Part shown: positions 9,883 to 20,175 of the stretch, in pieces
Numbering within the stretch: the stretch's first letter is position 1
How the letters are laid out: each line of letters opens with the position of its first letter
Virus record (IMG/VR): IMGVR_UViG_3300033075_000428
Span: 64,001 to 128,000 of that record
DNA from: a virus
Taxonomy: Duplodnaviria; Caudoviricetes
Strand: one strand, 5' to 3'
Length of the DNA: 64,000 bases
Notes under the pieces: model-generated
What the model saw: only the letters and a program-made list of their open reading frames with translations
The model's database searches: none
Told to the model about the DNA's origin: nothing
Made by a program: the position numbers and the translations under genes

Positions 9883-10722
9883 CTATATAACTGCTAGGAA
9901 TGATGCGTCTGGAACCACTGCGCTGGTTGAACCAGCGTCTTCAGCAATGTTAATGTAGTAGTATCCACTCTTCGCTTTCCCAGACTTCAAGAAGCGTAAG
10001 ATTGTACCATTGGCTCTTGCGTCGTCCATTGGGCTACTGAGTGTGTTCGACATCTGTCCAATGATTCTCACTTGGAATACAATAGGCTTGCAGTTGAACG
10101 GAACAATGCTATTGTCAGAATATGTAGCACGTTCGTCTCTGTCTGTTGGGTAGTAGTCTTCCTCTGGACAACGACAGTTGAATCCTGTCTGACGGTATCG
10201 AAGTCTCGGGTCGGTGTCAAAACTCTTCTGTCCTGCGAGTAGTGTCTTACCATACTCACGAGTGCCATCCCAAGAACCCTCTGCGGGAATACCAATTCGT
10301 GCTTCAAGTGCTTCAGTAGCTGCTTTGAATGTACCTACGTGGATTCCACGGGTACCCTTTAGGTTCTTGTCTGTGCTCCCGTGCCAGAAGATGGGTGCTG
10401 AGGACTCTAGTAGTTTCAAGCACACGTCATTGACTGACAACTCAGTAGACTCAATGAGCTCACGAACATGTTCACTGTGTTCAACATGCTCATGAGTCTT
10501 CTTTATCACATTACCAGACTTGAAGAGTTTGCTGGGGTCTTGACCAAGAGTGATGCTACCTTCTCGGAACTTGTCAAACCCATCCTTCTTCGCTACTTGT
10601 TTCACAGCTTTGACACGGGCTTGCCACTGTACTGAGGTTTCCTCTTCACGTTGTGACGCTAACAGTTCTTCCTGCCATTCTTCATTACCCTTACGAGTCC
10701 CCCACAAGACACCCTGTTTCAT
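9883..10722 (-). CDS. head-cluster protein with an internal family-A motif and a possible ADP-ribosyltransferase-like domain
   Basis: VRELIESTELSVNDVCLKLLES followed by FWHGS...GIHVGT. Confidence 0.4.
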   Translation of the reverse strand: MKQGVLWGTRKGNEEWQEELLASQREEETSVQWQARVKAVKQVAKKDGFDKFREGSITLGQDPSKLFKSGNVIKKTHEHVEHSEHVRELIESTELSVNDVCLKLLESSAPIFWHGSTDKNLKGTRGIHVGTFKAATEALEARIGIPAEGSWDGTREYGKTLLAGQKSFDTDPRLRYRQTGFNCRCPEEDYYPTDRDERATYSDNSIVPFNCKPIVFQVRIIGQMSNTLSSPMDDARANGTILRFLKSGKAKSGYYYINIAEDAGSTSAVVPDASFLAVI

Positions 10723-10724
10723 GC

Positions 10725-11441
10725 TTAGTCCTTGAACGTAACATCAACAGGCAAATCAGTAAAAATCTCTTGGGCGAAATCAATGCAGTCTGAATACACT
10801 TCGCTACGCTGGTCGTCTGGCATTGAAAGGGCAGACGTCAGGTCTTCCAAGATTGCATTCGACAAGTCACGCATTTCTTCAAGAAGCGTGATGTCCTCTT
10901 CAAGCAGGGCATGTGTGTCGCGCTCTTGGACGTGAAGTTCGATGATGAAGTGCGTTAGGCCTGAGCTCACCGCTTTCATGAGCTCTAACACGTCTTCTCG
11001 GGTCACGAACGCTGTTGACTCGTTTGTTTCCGCTGGAGTGGAAAGAGTCTTCTGAAAATGCTTGGACTTCCCAGAACGCCAGAACTTCTTGAGTGCTCGC
11101 TTGTACTTTTCCTTGTAGCGAGTCCAACGACGCTTCGCAATTCTGCTGAGTGCTGAGTTTGGCCTACGGTGATTCTTATGACGCACAACGGAAGCTTCTT
11201 CCAATTCCTCAACGAGTGAGAGTACCAAGGCTGACTCTTCTTGAGTCAAAGATTCTTCAATCAGTGCAGAGTTTACACGTGACAGTACTTTCGGTAAGAA
11301 ATCTTCTTTGCACGAGGACTCTAGGACAACGAGTTTCTCATACAATGAGAGTGTTTCATCAAAGCTCAACGGCTCAATACCTTTGAACTTTGGAAGTGTC
11401 TTGACGAAAGAAAGTGTCTCAGTCAGTGACAGTTGTTGCAT
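10725..11441 (-). CDS. putative prohead core/scaffold protein
   Basis: Directly downstream of the portal (the position of T4 gp67/gp68); Arg/Lys-rich central segment flanked by LxE-rich acidic helices. Confidence 0.45.
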   Translation of the reverse strand: MQQLSLTETLSFVKTLPKFKGIEPLSFDETLSLYEKLVVLESSCKEDFLPKVLSRVNSALIEESLTQEESALVLSLVEELEEASVVRHKNHRRPNSALSRIAKRRWTRYKEKYKRALKKFWRSGKSKHFQKTLSTPAETNESTAFVTREDVLELMKAVSSGLTHFIIELHVQERDTHALLEEDITLLEEMRDLSNAILEDLTSALSMPDDQRSEVYSDCIDFAQEIFTDLPVDVTFKD

Positions 11442-11450
11442 TTCGTTACC

Positions 11451-13241
11451 TTAGTTTCCTGAAGTGATTGGAGTTTGGTCTGCTTCGGGGTCTTCACGAA
11501 GTGTAATCAACTCTTCAAGAGTGAATTGACCTTCGGTCAGAATGTTCTTCTGTGTGAGTCTACGTTGAATGTCGTTGTTGAAGTTCTGCAATGAACCTTC
11601 ACCAAGACGGAACCTGAGCCTATCAATCTGACTCTTCAGCTCATTGTTCTCTGACAATACCTTGTCAACAGTGCGTTCAATTTCCAAGACGTTGAGTGGA
11701 TTGACTGGCTGATTGGAAGCGAACAATGAATCCACTGAACCTTCTTTTGCCTTCTCTCCGTCGCCTTCACCACCTTCGTCACCTGTCTCACCTTCTGCTG
11801 AGGCTTCGTCTTCCTTCTTAGGATACAACTCATCCAGCTGAAGATTTGGTAGACGCATGTACGTCTTGATGAGGTAGCGATACAGGTACTCTTTGTCCAC
11901 TGTCTCAACACCATCGGTAACAGCAGTAACTATTGACTGGCAAACAGCTACTACTGCACTCAATGCGTCTGCTCTGTCCAACTCACCGTTAGTTGAAACA
12001 GGGGTGAGGGACACCTTGAACTTCGAAGGGTCAACGTCGAGACCATGCAAATAGAGCTCAATCTGGCACATGATTGTTAGGCCAACAATCAAGTCCTTTT
12101 GAATGGAAGCTACCTTGCGTGCATACCGTGGGTCAAGTGCAATCAGTGAATTGTACGAGAGAGCACTGTCTCCGTCGAATGACAGATATTGCTTTGGAAT
12201 ACCCAATGTTCCAAAGCGTTGTGAATTCAAGAACTCGATGTCAACGATCGACGAAACGTCAACGTCTCCACCAAAGGTGCTGATTTCACTACGTCCCTTG
12301 TTCGACGAACCATACACTGGAATGATGATTTCGTCTGCATATGACATTGGGTTCCGTTCACTGGACAAATACTCTTGTGTGTAGTTCACACCAGACTGCT
12401 TCGTGAACAGCTTCTTGTAGTTCTTGATGATGTTCTTCTGCTCACGAGTGTCACTTCCTTGGCCAACATCCACATAGTGAACACGGTAGAAAATAGACTT
12501 CGCTAAACGTGCTAACACCAATGAGTCTTCAGCAAGTGAGATTTTCTTCTCAATTTGACGAGACTTGATGAATGCTGGAGAGCCATACTTTGGGTTGATG
12601 TCGATGTCATACTTCTGCCAGAAAGCGTCTGGCATTCTGTCTTCCACAATTGGGTAACGTACGCTTCGGAAGTGTACGTAGTCAAATGGCTTGAGGGAAA
12701 CGAATTCACGTCCAGTGGTCATGGAGTTGTGAGTGATTGGACTCACTTCCAAGAATCCAACCAGCTTCCCGTTCTTCTCCAGACGACACACTTGTTCTGG
12801 TCGAATGGAATCATTGACATGGGAGATGCCACTACCTGAAGTCACAATACGGGTGAACTTGTCACCATACTTAGCGAGTTCACGTGCCCAAGACCAGATA
12901 CTTTCTTCAAGTCCAAGACGGTCAATCATGTTGCGTAAGACACGCTCTTTCTTTGGGTCTTCCGACGTCACGCTAATGATTTGATTCGCCGTGATGTCCA
13001 TTTGCGTAGCGTCGTCAGCCAACATGTCCAATGCACGTGACATCATCGACTCGTCCATCAAGTCCATGTCTCGGTACACTTCACTTCGCTTGTAGGTAGT
13101 ACCAGTGAATTGATTGTAGAACTCAATCAACTGGGACTTGTTTACTTCTGGTGAGTAGACTTCTCCACCTGACACTGGCTTCCTTGGTGCAAGGTTACCA
13201 GTACCACCAAACAGAGACTTCAGACCATCGAACATTGCCAT
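11451..13241 (-). CDS. portal protein (T4 gp20-like)
   Basis: Y..MD...ALD.LADDAT, W.WARELAKYGD, VHFR, YG, EDSLVLARLA..RV.YVDVG motifs; 596 aa. Confidence 0.9.
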   Translation of the reverse strand: MAMFDGLKSLFGGTGNLAPRKPVSGGEVYSPEVNKSQLIEFYNQFTGTTYKRSEVYRDMDLMDESMMSRALDMLADDATQMDITANQIISVTSEDPKKERVLRNMIDRLGLEESIWSWARELAKYGDKFTRIVTSGSGISHVNDSIRPEQVCRLEKNGKLVGFLEVSPITHNSMTTGREFVSLKPFDYVHFRSVRYPIVEDRMPDAFWQKYDIDINPKYGSPAFIKSRQIEKKISLAEDSLVLARLAKSIFYRVHYVDVGQGSDTREQKNIIKNYKKLFTKQSGVNYTQEYLSSERNPMSYADEIIIPVYGSSNKGRSEISTFGGDVDVSSIVDIEFLNSQRFGTLGIPKQYLSFDGDSALSYNSLIALDPRYARKVASIQKDLIVGLTIMCQIELYLHGLDVDPSKFKVSLTPVSTNGELDRADALSAVVAVCQSIVTAVTDGVETVDKEYLYRYLIKTYMRLPNLQLDELYPKKEDEASAEGETGDEGGEGDGEKAKEGSVDSLFASNQPVNPLNVLEIERTVDKVLSENNELKSQIDRLRFRLGEGSLQNFNNDIQRRLTQKNILTEGQFTLEELITLREDPEADQTPITSGN

Positions 13242-13246
13242 AAGAG

Positions 13247-13753
13247 TTAGGCTTCCGTCAAGGTTACGTCTTCAATACACACACCAATAAGCGGTGCAAT
13301 GATTTCAGCTGGGATGTCTGCGTCGATGATTTTCGACTCAGGAATCATCTTGAACTCAATCTTGTGCTTCTCATTGTAAGCGGTATCACGGAAGAGATTG
13401 TAAGCATCAAGGTCTTCCTGTGCGCTGATGCGCATTACGATTTCCTTGTGCCACTTGGTCTCATCCTTGTACTCTTCAGTGATGTCTTCAGCAGAGTTGA
13501 CTTCAAAGTAGTTGTTTGGGTCATCCACGTTAGCTTCATACCCTACACGTCGCAAGTACTTTGCTGGTTCACCTGCTTCATTCTTATCGCACAAGCGCAT
13601 GAATTCTTGACGAATCGCTTCATGCTCCTCTTTGAGAATCTTCTCAATCAAGCGAAGGTTCACACTGATGTGATAGGCACATGGGAGTGATGTCTTCGAC
13701 ATTGCAAGAAGCAACTGTTGAGTTATTTCTAGTTCAGAAAGTGTTAGTTCCAT
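13247..13753 (-). CDS. hypothetical protein, possible tail-fibre assembly chaperone
   Basis: LP..AY.I..NL pattern; located downstream of the fibre genes. Confidence 0.4.
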   Translation of the reverse strand: MELTLSELEITQQLLLAMSKTSLPCAYHISVNLRLIEKILKEEHEAIRQEFMRLCDKNEAGEPAKYLRRVGYEANVDDPNNYFEVNSAEDITEEYKDETKWHKEIVMRISAQEDLDAYNLFRDTAYNEKHKIEFKMIPESKIIDADIPAEIIAPLIGVCIEDVTLTEA

Positions 13754-13840
13754 CGACTATCGTCCTTAAAATTTTGTTGTATGTTCGTATTCAAAGTACT
13801 AAGGCATTAGAACGAAAATCTGCTCTAATGCCCTTGCTCG

Positions 13841-14110
13841 TTAGGGTGTCAATTCAGTGAGTCCAAGCTTGACAGTAGCAAGCGAGAACAAGTATGCATC
13901 GTCTTCACCCCATCCGTCGAGTTCTGCTTTGGTGAAGTTCACGTTTCTTGATTCAACGAAGTTATTGTCCTCGTCAAAGAAGCCAAACGAAATTTGACCG
14001 TAGCTTTCAGCTTCGGGATACTGAAGTGTAATACGACACTCCAATGGACGCAATGTAGTAGCAGGCTTCTTGATTGCTACTGGCTGGATGTCAAGTTTGA
14101 GTTCTGGCAT
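13841..14110 (-). CDS. small protein associated with the tail-fibre locus
   Basis: 89 aa with WGEDDAY motif; synteny. Confidence 0.5.
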   Translation of the reverse strand: MPELKLDIQPVAIKKPATTLRPLECRITLQYPEAESYGQISFGFFDEDNNFVESRNVNFTKAELDGWGEDDAYLFSLATVKLGLTELTP

Positions 14111-14112
14111 GT

Positions 14113-14406
14113 TTATACCTCAGGTGTGTAGGTTTCACCACAGTAGACTGCTTGTCCACTTGACTGTGGAATTCCACCAATTCTAGTTACTTGAATAGTG
14201 CAAACACGATAGATACATGGTGTTTGGACAATGACTGGGTTACCTGTCTGTGGGTCAATTGCAGTAGTCTCATATGAGAGTGTAAGAACTGTGCCACCGA
14301 TGCCAGCACCAGTTTCTGGATTGACTGAGTCTGGTGTGGCATTTTCAACTGGCAAGATGGCTCCTGCAAGAGGACCACCAGAAAGAATGACGTTGGTTAC
14401 CGACAT
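14113..14406 (-). CDS. small hypothetical protein
   Basis: L.GGPL.G motif; 97 aa. Confidence 0.55.
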   Translation of the reverse strand: MSVTNVILSGGPLAGAILPVENATPDSVNPETGAGIGGTVLTLSYETTAIDPQTGNPVIVQTPCIYRVCTIQVTRIGGIPQSSGQAVYCGETYTPEV

Positions 14407-14440
14407 GATGTAGAATCCTTGTGTTGATTGTTAAATTCGA

Positions 14441-15895
14441 TTACAGAGCCCAATATCCACGTGGTGTCCATGCAACGTTGATGAACTGAGAAGCAGTTGC
14501 CGCCCCAGAAGCAATACGCATGATGAACTGGGCAAACGTTCCAGGAGGTGCCGCTAGTGGTGACTCGAATGTTACTTCGATATTACGGTCACCTGCTTGA
14601 CCAACAACAGCATTAATTGGTACTTGAATACCACCAATTGTTGCACGTGCTGGTTCACGACCTGTGACTGTTGAAGAGGTCGCCAGTGAGATACCGCTGG
14701 AACCAGCTGAAGCCGCGAAGAAGAGTGTTGTTGGGACAGTGGCTGAGTTAACAGCACCGTCTGACCACACAAACACTGAGGCACCTGTCCAGATGTAGGT
14801 TGCTCCGTGTACTGGTAGTGCGGCGTCTTGTGTCAAACCTTGAAGCACATAGTCAGTAGCGCCAGAGGCAGTCGCGGCAAATTTGAAAATACCACCCCAT
14901 CCAGTTGTGCTTACTGCGGTATTCGAAAGTGATGCTGTTGGTACCGCTAATGAGTTCGTCCAGTTACCACCAGTTGCCTGTTGAAGTGGTAACCTAGGCC
15001 ACGAGTACGCACCACATCGAGCAACAATATGACTTGCTGGCATCTGAGCGTGTACGCTTACACCAGCAGAAGAAACTGACCAGTCACTAACTGAAACTTG
15101 TTGAACACCAACACCAGTGGTAGTGTGTGCGTTCTGAAGGAACATGGTCAGTGAACTATACTGGCTAATACCCATGTTCGAACCAGCTGGAGGGATATCA
15201 ACACCACCGAAATAGTTGTTGTTAATCCAGAGGTTCACTCTACTACGAGAGATGCCGAGTACATAGTTATTTGTTTCATTAATGACTAGACCATTTGGTA
15301 CACTCGCTGTAGCTAATGCAGCAGACGTAGCAATGTCCACGGAGTTGGCGACCACATAGAGTTTCAACTCTCCTGCGGTAAAGCGAAGGAATACACCGTT
15401 TGTTGGAGCAAGGGTACCAATTGCAGTATTGCGAAGTCCAAACTCTACGTTGTTGTTCGTGGCACCCCAAGACGTGAACTTAAACCTAGCCTTAGCATAG
15501 ATTGTTCCCTCAATTGGGACGGTGAACATCTCAAACGTTTGAATGATTGAGTTACCAGACAACGAGGAGTTAGCATTCAACAACAAGTTGTTGGCTACTG
15601 TCCACGTCATCGTGTGCGTATTAACTGTTGACTGGTAGTCTGGAGTTTGTACTGTGATGGCAAATGAACGGTTGTAGAGCTCAACGTCTTGACCAACACG
15701 AAGCTTCCAATCAGAGTCTACTTCGTGTGACCGAATAAGTGAACCACCGTAGTCTGCTGCACTTCCTGAGTTCCCTGCACCTTGAACTACACCAGTGTCA
15801 GCCAGTGTAGTCGTGGGAGCTACTTTCAGTGCATAATCAGCGGTAACATTAACGTGCCCTGCTGAGTTGTTTGAGGGATTCCCAACAATTACCAT
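14441..15895 (-). CDS. virion structural/receptor-binding protein, beta-rich (lectin-like)
   Basis: T/S/G/A-rich beta-strand pattern; follows the fibre genes. Confidence 0.6.
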   Translation of the reverse strand: MVIVGNPSNNSAGHVNVTADYALKVAPTTTLADTGVVQGAGNSGSAADYGGSLIRSHEVDSDWKLRVGQDVELYNRSFAITVQTPDYQSTVNTHTMTWTVANNLLLNANSSLSGNSIIQTFEMFTVPIEGTIYAKARFKFTSWGATNNNVEFGLRNTAIGTLAPTNGVFLRFTAGELKLYVVANSVDIATSAALATASVPNGLVINETNNYVLGISRSRVNLWINNNYFGGVDIPPAGSNMGISQYSSLTMFLQNAHTTTGVGVQQVSVSDWSVSSAGVSVHAQMPASHIVARCGAYSWPRLPLQQATGGNWTNSLAVPTASLSNTAVSTTGWGGIFKFAATASGATDYVLQGLTQDAALPVHGATYIWTGASVFVWSDGAVNSATVPTTLFFAASAGSSGISLATSSTVTGREPARATIGGIQVPINAVVGQAGDRNIEVTFESPLAAPPGTFAQFIMRIASGAATASQFINVAWTPRGYWAL

Positions 15896-15907
15896 CTCTT
15901 CATCTCC

Positions 15908-18832
15908 TTACACTGCAATGCAGTTTACTGTAAAAGTTCCATTAGCGCCGAGTGGTGCATGTGCTCGAATGGTACAACCAGTTCCGTTCACAATGCTCTC
16001 TGCAGCAGCCTGAATGCACTGAATCAAAGCGTCTTCACCTTGAACAGTACACACTATTTTCATTGACGTTGTGATCCACGTTAGACCCGTGACAACCACT
16101 GTGGTGTCAGTATCATCGTTAGTTCCGAAATCAATCGTAGCAGTAAACGAATTACTGGTAGAACCCCATATATAACTACTACCATTGAACATCAGTGCTG
16201 TATTGCTAGCAGGCGCTGACGCTGGTAGTGTAATAGTGTATGACGTTGGAGACGAAACACCCAGACCAATGTAGTTAGAGGTAGTCCCAATTCTGAATTC
16301 GTTCGGTAGGAACCTAAAGTACTCAACGTCGGTACCAACGTTAGACAATGCAATTGCCATCGCCCCAATACGTGAACCGTGTGTGGCGTTTGCCCACAGA
16401 CCTGCGATTGAAGACGCAAATATGTCGCTTGTAGTAGTAGTTGCGAGACGAAACACAATAGAACCACCAAACCCATTCGCAGAGGTTCCAGAGTTATTCA
16501 TCTCGATGCTCAATGCTTCCTGCACACTATTGGTCACACTTGTGTAATGACGCAGTGCTTGTAACGACGAGGTGTTCGCTGTCGACTTGGCTACGGTTAG
16601 CTTTTTGGTAGTATCATCCCAGAAGAACTGGGCACTGCTACCGAATGCTCCAGAGTTGTTGAACTGTATCTCAGTATTACTACCAGCTGGCGAGACCGAA
16701 ACTGAAGCCCATACGTAGCTTGAACCATTGTACTTCAGATAGGTATTCGACCCAGGAGCACTGTCTGGCAACGTGATAGTGTATGACGTTGGTGCATTTA
16801 CCGCAAGACCAATATAGCTACCAGTGTTACCAATTCGATGCTCTTTTGGTAGGAATCTATGTTGTTCCGTTGAGGAAGAGGATGAGTTGTTAAGCTCTAA
16901 TGTAAATGCACTGACTTCCGAGCCTGATGTAGTTGTTATCATTAACCAACCAAGCCTATGGCTATCTATTAGCCCACCAGAGCTATTCGTAGAAGAAAAT
17001 AGAAAGTGACCACCGAATCCTGAAGCAGTACCACTAGCACAGTTAGCAACAAAATTAACTATTTTCTGAGAAGAGTTATTAAAGCTAAGAGTCTTAGAAA
17101 CTTTCAGTGCATATGTACTAGCGTCACCTGAAATATGGTTAACTTGAAGTACATCATATCCAGATTGATTTGACTGGAATATTGACAAGCAATTCTGAAT
17201 TGACATGTAAGAATAAGCAGCACCTGTGGCGATGGTTGCTAGTCTGAATTGACTATCATTGACAATTTTTCCAGAACCGTTATCGAACAGTATGCCTCTC
17301 GCGCCACCACCTGACCAGTCTGTGGTTCCACTTGTCAATGCGTCTAGGGTGATATTCCTATTAGGCATCGTTACTGTGCGAACAGTCGCTGTAGTAATAC
17401 CAGAAGCTTCAAATGCTATCTTCTTAGTCGCATCTGTGTTGTCTGAAATGCGGAATACGTTGTCAGCGAAGTCTGGAGTCAAGCTAACAGTAGCCCAAAC
17501 ATAGCTAGAACCATTGTACTTGAGGTACGTGTCAGAAGCTGGGGCAGAACCTGGAAGCGTGATGGTATAAGAAGTAGGTGCAGAGACAGTGAGCCCTACA
17601 TAGTTACCACTGGTACCAATTCGAATAGTACTGTCAACAGCAAAGACGAATCCTGAGTTATCCCAAGTAAGCTTTGAAGAATTCGCAACCTTGCTGGAAC
17701 CATCAGCAAACAACACTCCTGTGCTTGCACCACCTGACCAGTCTGTTGTTCCTGAGGTGATTTGGTCAAGAGAGAAATCACGATTTGGAACAGTAGCAGT
17801 ACGAGTCGTAGCAGTAGTGATTGCACTGACTTCAAATGCGAACTTCTTTGTAGCGTCTGCGTTGTCTACTACACGAAATACGTTGTCTGCGTATTCGTTC
17901 ACTGAGGTGACGGTACCAGTTGCCCAAGTGTAGTTAGCACCATCATACTTTAGGTATGTATTGGTTCCTGGAGCGGCACTTGGAAGAGTAATAGTGTAAG
18001 AAGTAGGAGAAGAGACAGTCAGGCCAACATAAGATGTGTTACTTCCAATTTGGAGCACACCTTGTCCTGTCATTCTGAACTTCTCAGCAAATACTGCGTT
18101 GTTTGCAATACGGAATGCGAGAGCACCAGTTCTTGTGGCGTCAGTTACGTCTGACCAGAATCCGTCAAGATACACAAGGTCACGTTCAGAACCACCATTG
18201 GTCTTTCCGAACCAACCCAGTGACATGCCATAGCCATTTGTTGGAGTTCCCGAAGACGGATTGAGGTTCAAGAACAACCCATATTTCAACCCAGATGGGG
18301 AAGCATCACGAGAGTTCACCCATAATATAGCGGCTCCATTACCAGTAGAAGTGAAGTTCCCAACCCCAGCGCCACCACCACCTGAAACATAGAGACCTTC
18401 TTGAGATCCAAAACTATAGTAAAGTATGTTTGAAGATGTTTTTAGCTTACCAGTTGCAGCATCGGAATAAAGGATACCGTTATTAGAGCCAGACGAAACA
18501 CTTCCAGTTATTGAAGTTGTGGAATCAACCAGTGTGTCCAATGTGACATTTCTGTCAGGCATTGTGATGGTACGTACTGTCGCAGTAGTAATACCACTAG
18601 CTTGGAATGCTATCTTCTTGGTCGAGTCACCGTCGTCTGAGATGCGAAACACGTTGTCTGCGAAGTCTGTTCCACCACCCAAGGAAACCCACGAGCCACC
18701 TTGACGAAAGCGGAAACCATTCGATGCGTAATAAACGATGTCACCATCACTTGGGCTGACTGGCAGTGAGCCCAAGTTGGTGAATCGTAGAGTGTTAGCA
18801 ACTTCAGCGAGTTGACTGAGTATCTTAGGCAT
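15908..18832 (-). CDS. long tail fibre/adhesin with internal repeats
   Basis: 3x (F/Y)ADNVFR...TKK.AF..S.ITTAT.RT repeats; 4x YxGLxV..PTSYTITLP..AP repeats. Confidence 0.75.
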   Translation of the reverse strand: MPKILSQLAEVANTLRFTNLGSLPVSPSDGDIVYYASNGFRFRQGGSWVSLGGGTDFADNVFRISDDGDSTKKIAFQASGITTATVRTITMPDRNVTLDTLVDSTTSITGSVSSGSNNGILYSDAATGKLKTSSNILYYSFGSQEGLYVSGGGGAGVGNFTSTGNGAAILWVNSRDASPSGLKYGLFLNLNPSSGTPTNGYGMSLGWFGKTNGGSERDLVYLDGFWSDVTDATRTGALAFRIANNAVFAEKFRMTGQGVLQIGSNTSYVGLTVSSPTSYTITLPSAAPGTNTYLKYDGANYTWATGTVTSVNEYADNVFRVVDNADATKKFAFEVSAITTATTRTATVPNRDFSLDQITSGTTDWSGGASTGVLFADGSSKVANSSKLTWDNSGFVFAVDSTIRIGTSGNYVGLTVSAPTSYTITLPGSAPASDTYLKYNGSSYVWATVSLTPDFADNVFRISDNTDATKKIAFEASGITTATVRTVTMPNRNITLDALTSGTTDWSGGGARGILFDNGSGKIVNDSQFRLATIATGAAYSYMSIQNCLSIFQSNQSGYDVLQVNHISGDASTYALKVSKTLSFNNSSQKIVNFVANCASGTASGFGGHFLFSSTNSSGGLIDSHRLGWLMITTTSGSEVSAFTLELNNSSSSSTEQHRFLPKEHRIGNTGSYIGLAVNAPTSYTITLPDSAPGSNTYLKYNGSSYVWASVSVSPAGSNTEIQFNNSGAFGSSAQFFWDDTTKKLTVAKSTANTSSLQALRHYTSVTNSVQEALSIEMNNSGTSANGFGGSIVFRLATTTTSDIFASSIAGLWANATHGSRIGAMAIALSNVGTDVEYFRFLPNEFRIGTTSNYIGLGVSSPTSYTITLPASAPASNTALMFNGSSYIWGSTSNSFTATIDFGTNDDTDTTVVVTGLTWITTSMKIVCTVQGEDALIQCIQAAAESIVNGTGCTIRAHAPLGANGTFTVNCIAV

Positions 18833-18834
18833 TA

Positions 18835-20175
18835 TTATCCAATGACAACAACACGGTATTGATTCGTTGTCGGAGCAACATCAAACTTCAGTGTGATGGT
18901 GTTGGTTGTAGTATGCTCAACGTCACACCAGACTTCCGCATATGTTCCTGACGCTGTGTAAAGCGCAACTGTTACGTCTCGTGTGGCAAGGTTATGCGTT
19001 ATGGTGATTGACGTCGAGGAGTTATCACCCACGTCAGTCGCATAACGAGTCATGAAGCCAAGAGACGTCTTAGCAGTAGCGGTAGAGTTACCACCAGTAC
19101 CACCATTACCAACCGCTAGTGTACCTGTGACAGCGTTTGTGTTAGCTAGGTCGAGTGCACCCCACGTTGCTTCAGCACCCGCTGAACCTGTGGAGCGGAG
19201 CACTTGGCCAGCTGTGGCAGTAGAACGAACAATCACATTTGACGAACCGTCAATGCCTGTGGACGAACCAGTGGTCTTGACAGAGATGACCGTGCCTGTG
19301 ATGTCGATACCATTCGAGCCAGTGTACGTTACACCAGACGGGAACGGTGACCAGTTGATGGCAGTGGTGTTGAGTGTACCACCTTGGTCAGAAGTACACA
19401 AGAAGACTTTGTCTCCATTGGCTGAACCAGTCTCAACTGCGACGAATGCTCCTGGAACCTTTGTCCAAGCATCCATGTCCGTAGCTCGTGTCCACGAACC
19501 AGCCGCCACAACGTAGATACCATTCTCAGCAGGGGCTGTTTGATTCTTAACGAGAACACGGTCACCAGCAATGACAGAGATTGTGTCAATTGTCTGTGGG
19601 GCAGACAGCGTGATGTTTGCTGTGGTAGCGGCAATCACCGAAGGTTTGGGGTCGAGACCTTGAGAGATACTGTCAACGTATCCCTTGGTTGCAGCATCCG
19701 TGGAAGCTGTTGGTGTACCAAGGTTCGTAATCTTGAATGAGTTGAGTGAGACGTCAGCATTCGGTGCAGTGATTGCATTCAGCTTCGTGTCTCCTGGCAT
19801 TGCCTTTGAGACCGAAACACCTAGGTCTACAAACAAACCAGAAGCACCTTCACCGATGGAACCTTCAGTCGAGGCAAGTGACGTAGTCTTGCGACGCACA
19901 GCCGCTGTGATAGCTGGCGTTGGGTCATCGTAGGTGAAGTCAATTGAGTTGGTGTCAGTGAGAATGGAACCAACGTCATCTTGCGCATTCTCCGTTGTGT
20001 ATCCACCTGAAGCAGAAGCCCACACGGTACCATTGTAGTAGTACAACACATTGCCTACAGTGTCGTAGTACAATTGACCAGCCACAGGAGAACCTGGAGC
20101 GGCTGCAAGGTTGTGTACGACAATGTTAAGTGCTTGGCGTTTTTGGAAGTCTAGGTTTGAGACTAGTTTAGGCAT
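18835..20175 (-). CDS. tail fibre/virion structural protein
   Basis: DAATKGYVD, GDRVLVKNQT...ENGIY and THNL motifs typical of phage fibres. Confidence 0.75.
   Translation of the reverse strand: MPKLVSNLDFQKRQALNIVVHNLAAAPGSPVAGQLYYDTVGNVLYYYNGTVWASASGGYTTENAQDDVGSILTDTNSIDFTYDDPTPAITAAVRRKTTSLASTEGSIGEGASGLFVDLGVSVSKAMPGDTKLNAITAPNADVSLNSFKITNLGTPTASTDAATKGYVDSISQGLDPKPSVIAATTANITLSAPQTIDTISVIAGDRVLVKNQTAPAENGIYVVAAGSWTRATDMDAWTKVPGAFVAVETGSANGDKVFLCTSDQGGTLNTTAINWSPFPSGVTYTGSNGIDITGTVISVKTTGSSTGIDGSSNVIVRSTATAGQVLRSTGSAGAEATWGALDLANTNAVTGTLAVGNGGTGGNSTATAKTSLGFMTRYATDVGDNSSTSITITHNLATRDVTVALYTASGTYAEVWCDVEHTTTNTITLKFDVAPTTNQYRVVVIG

Noticed and set aside
15908-18832. Diversity-generating retroelement or invertible shufflon in the tail fibre
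   Set aside because: The repeats are direct and in-frame, I saw no adenine-specific TR/VR pair, and there is no reverse transcriptase or invertase in the window.
19052-19933. Plus-strand ORFs opposite structural genes (also 1788, 12103, 31312, 31706, 32619, 56719 and similar)
   Set aside because: Antisense shadows of well-supported genes, caused by codon bias.
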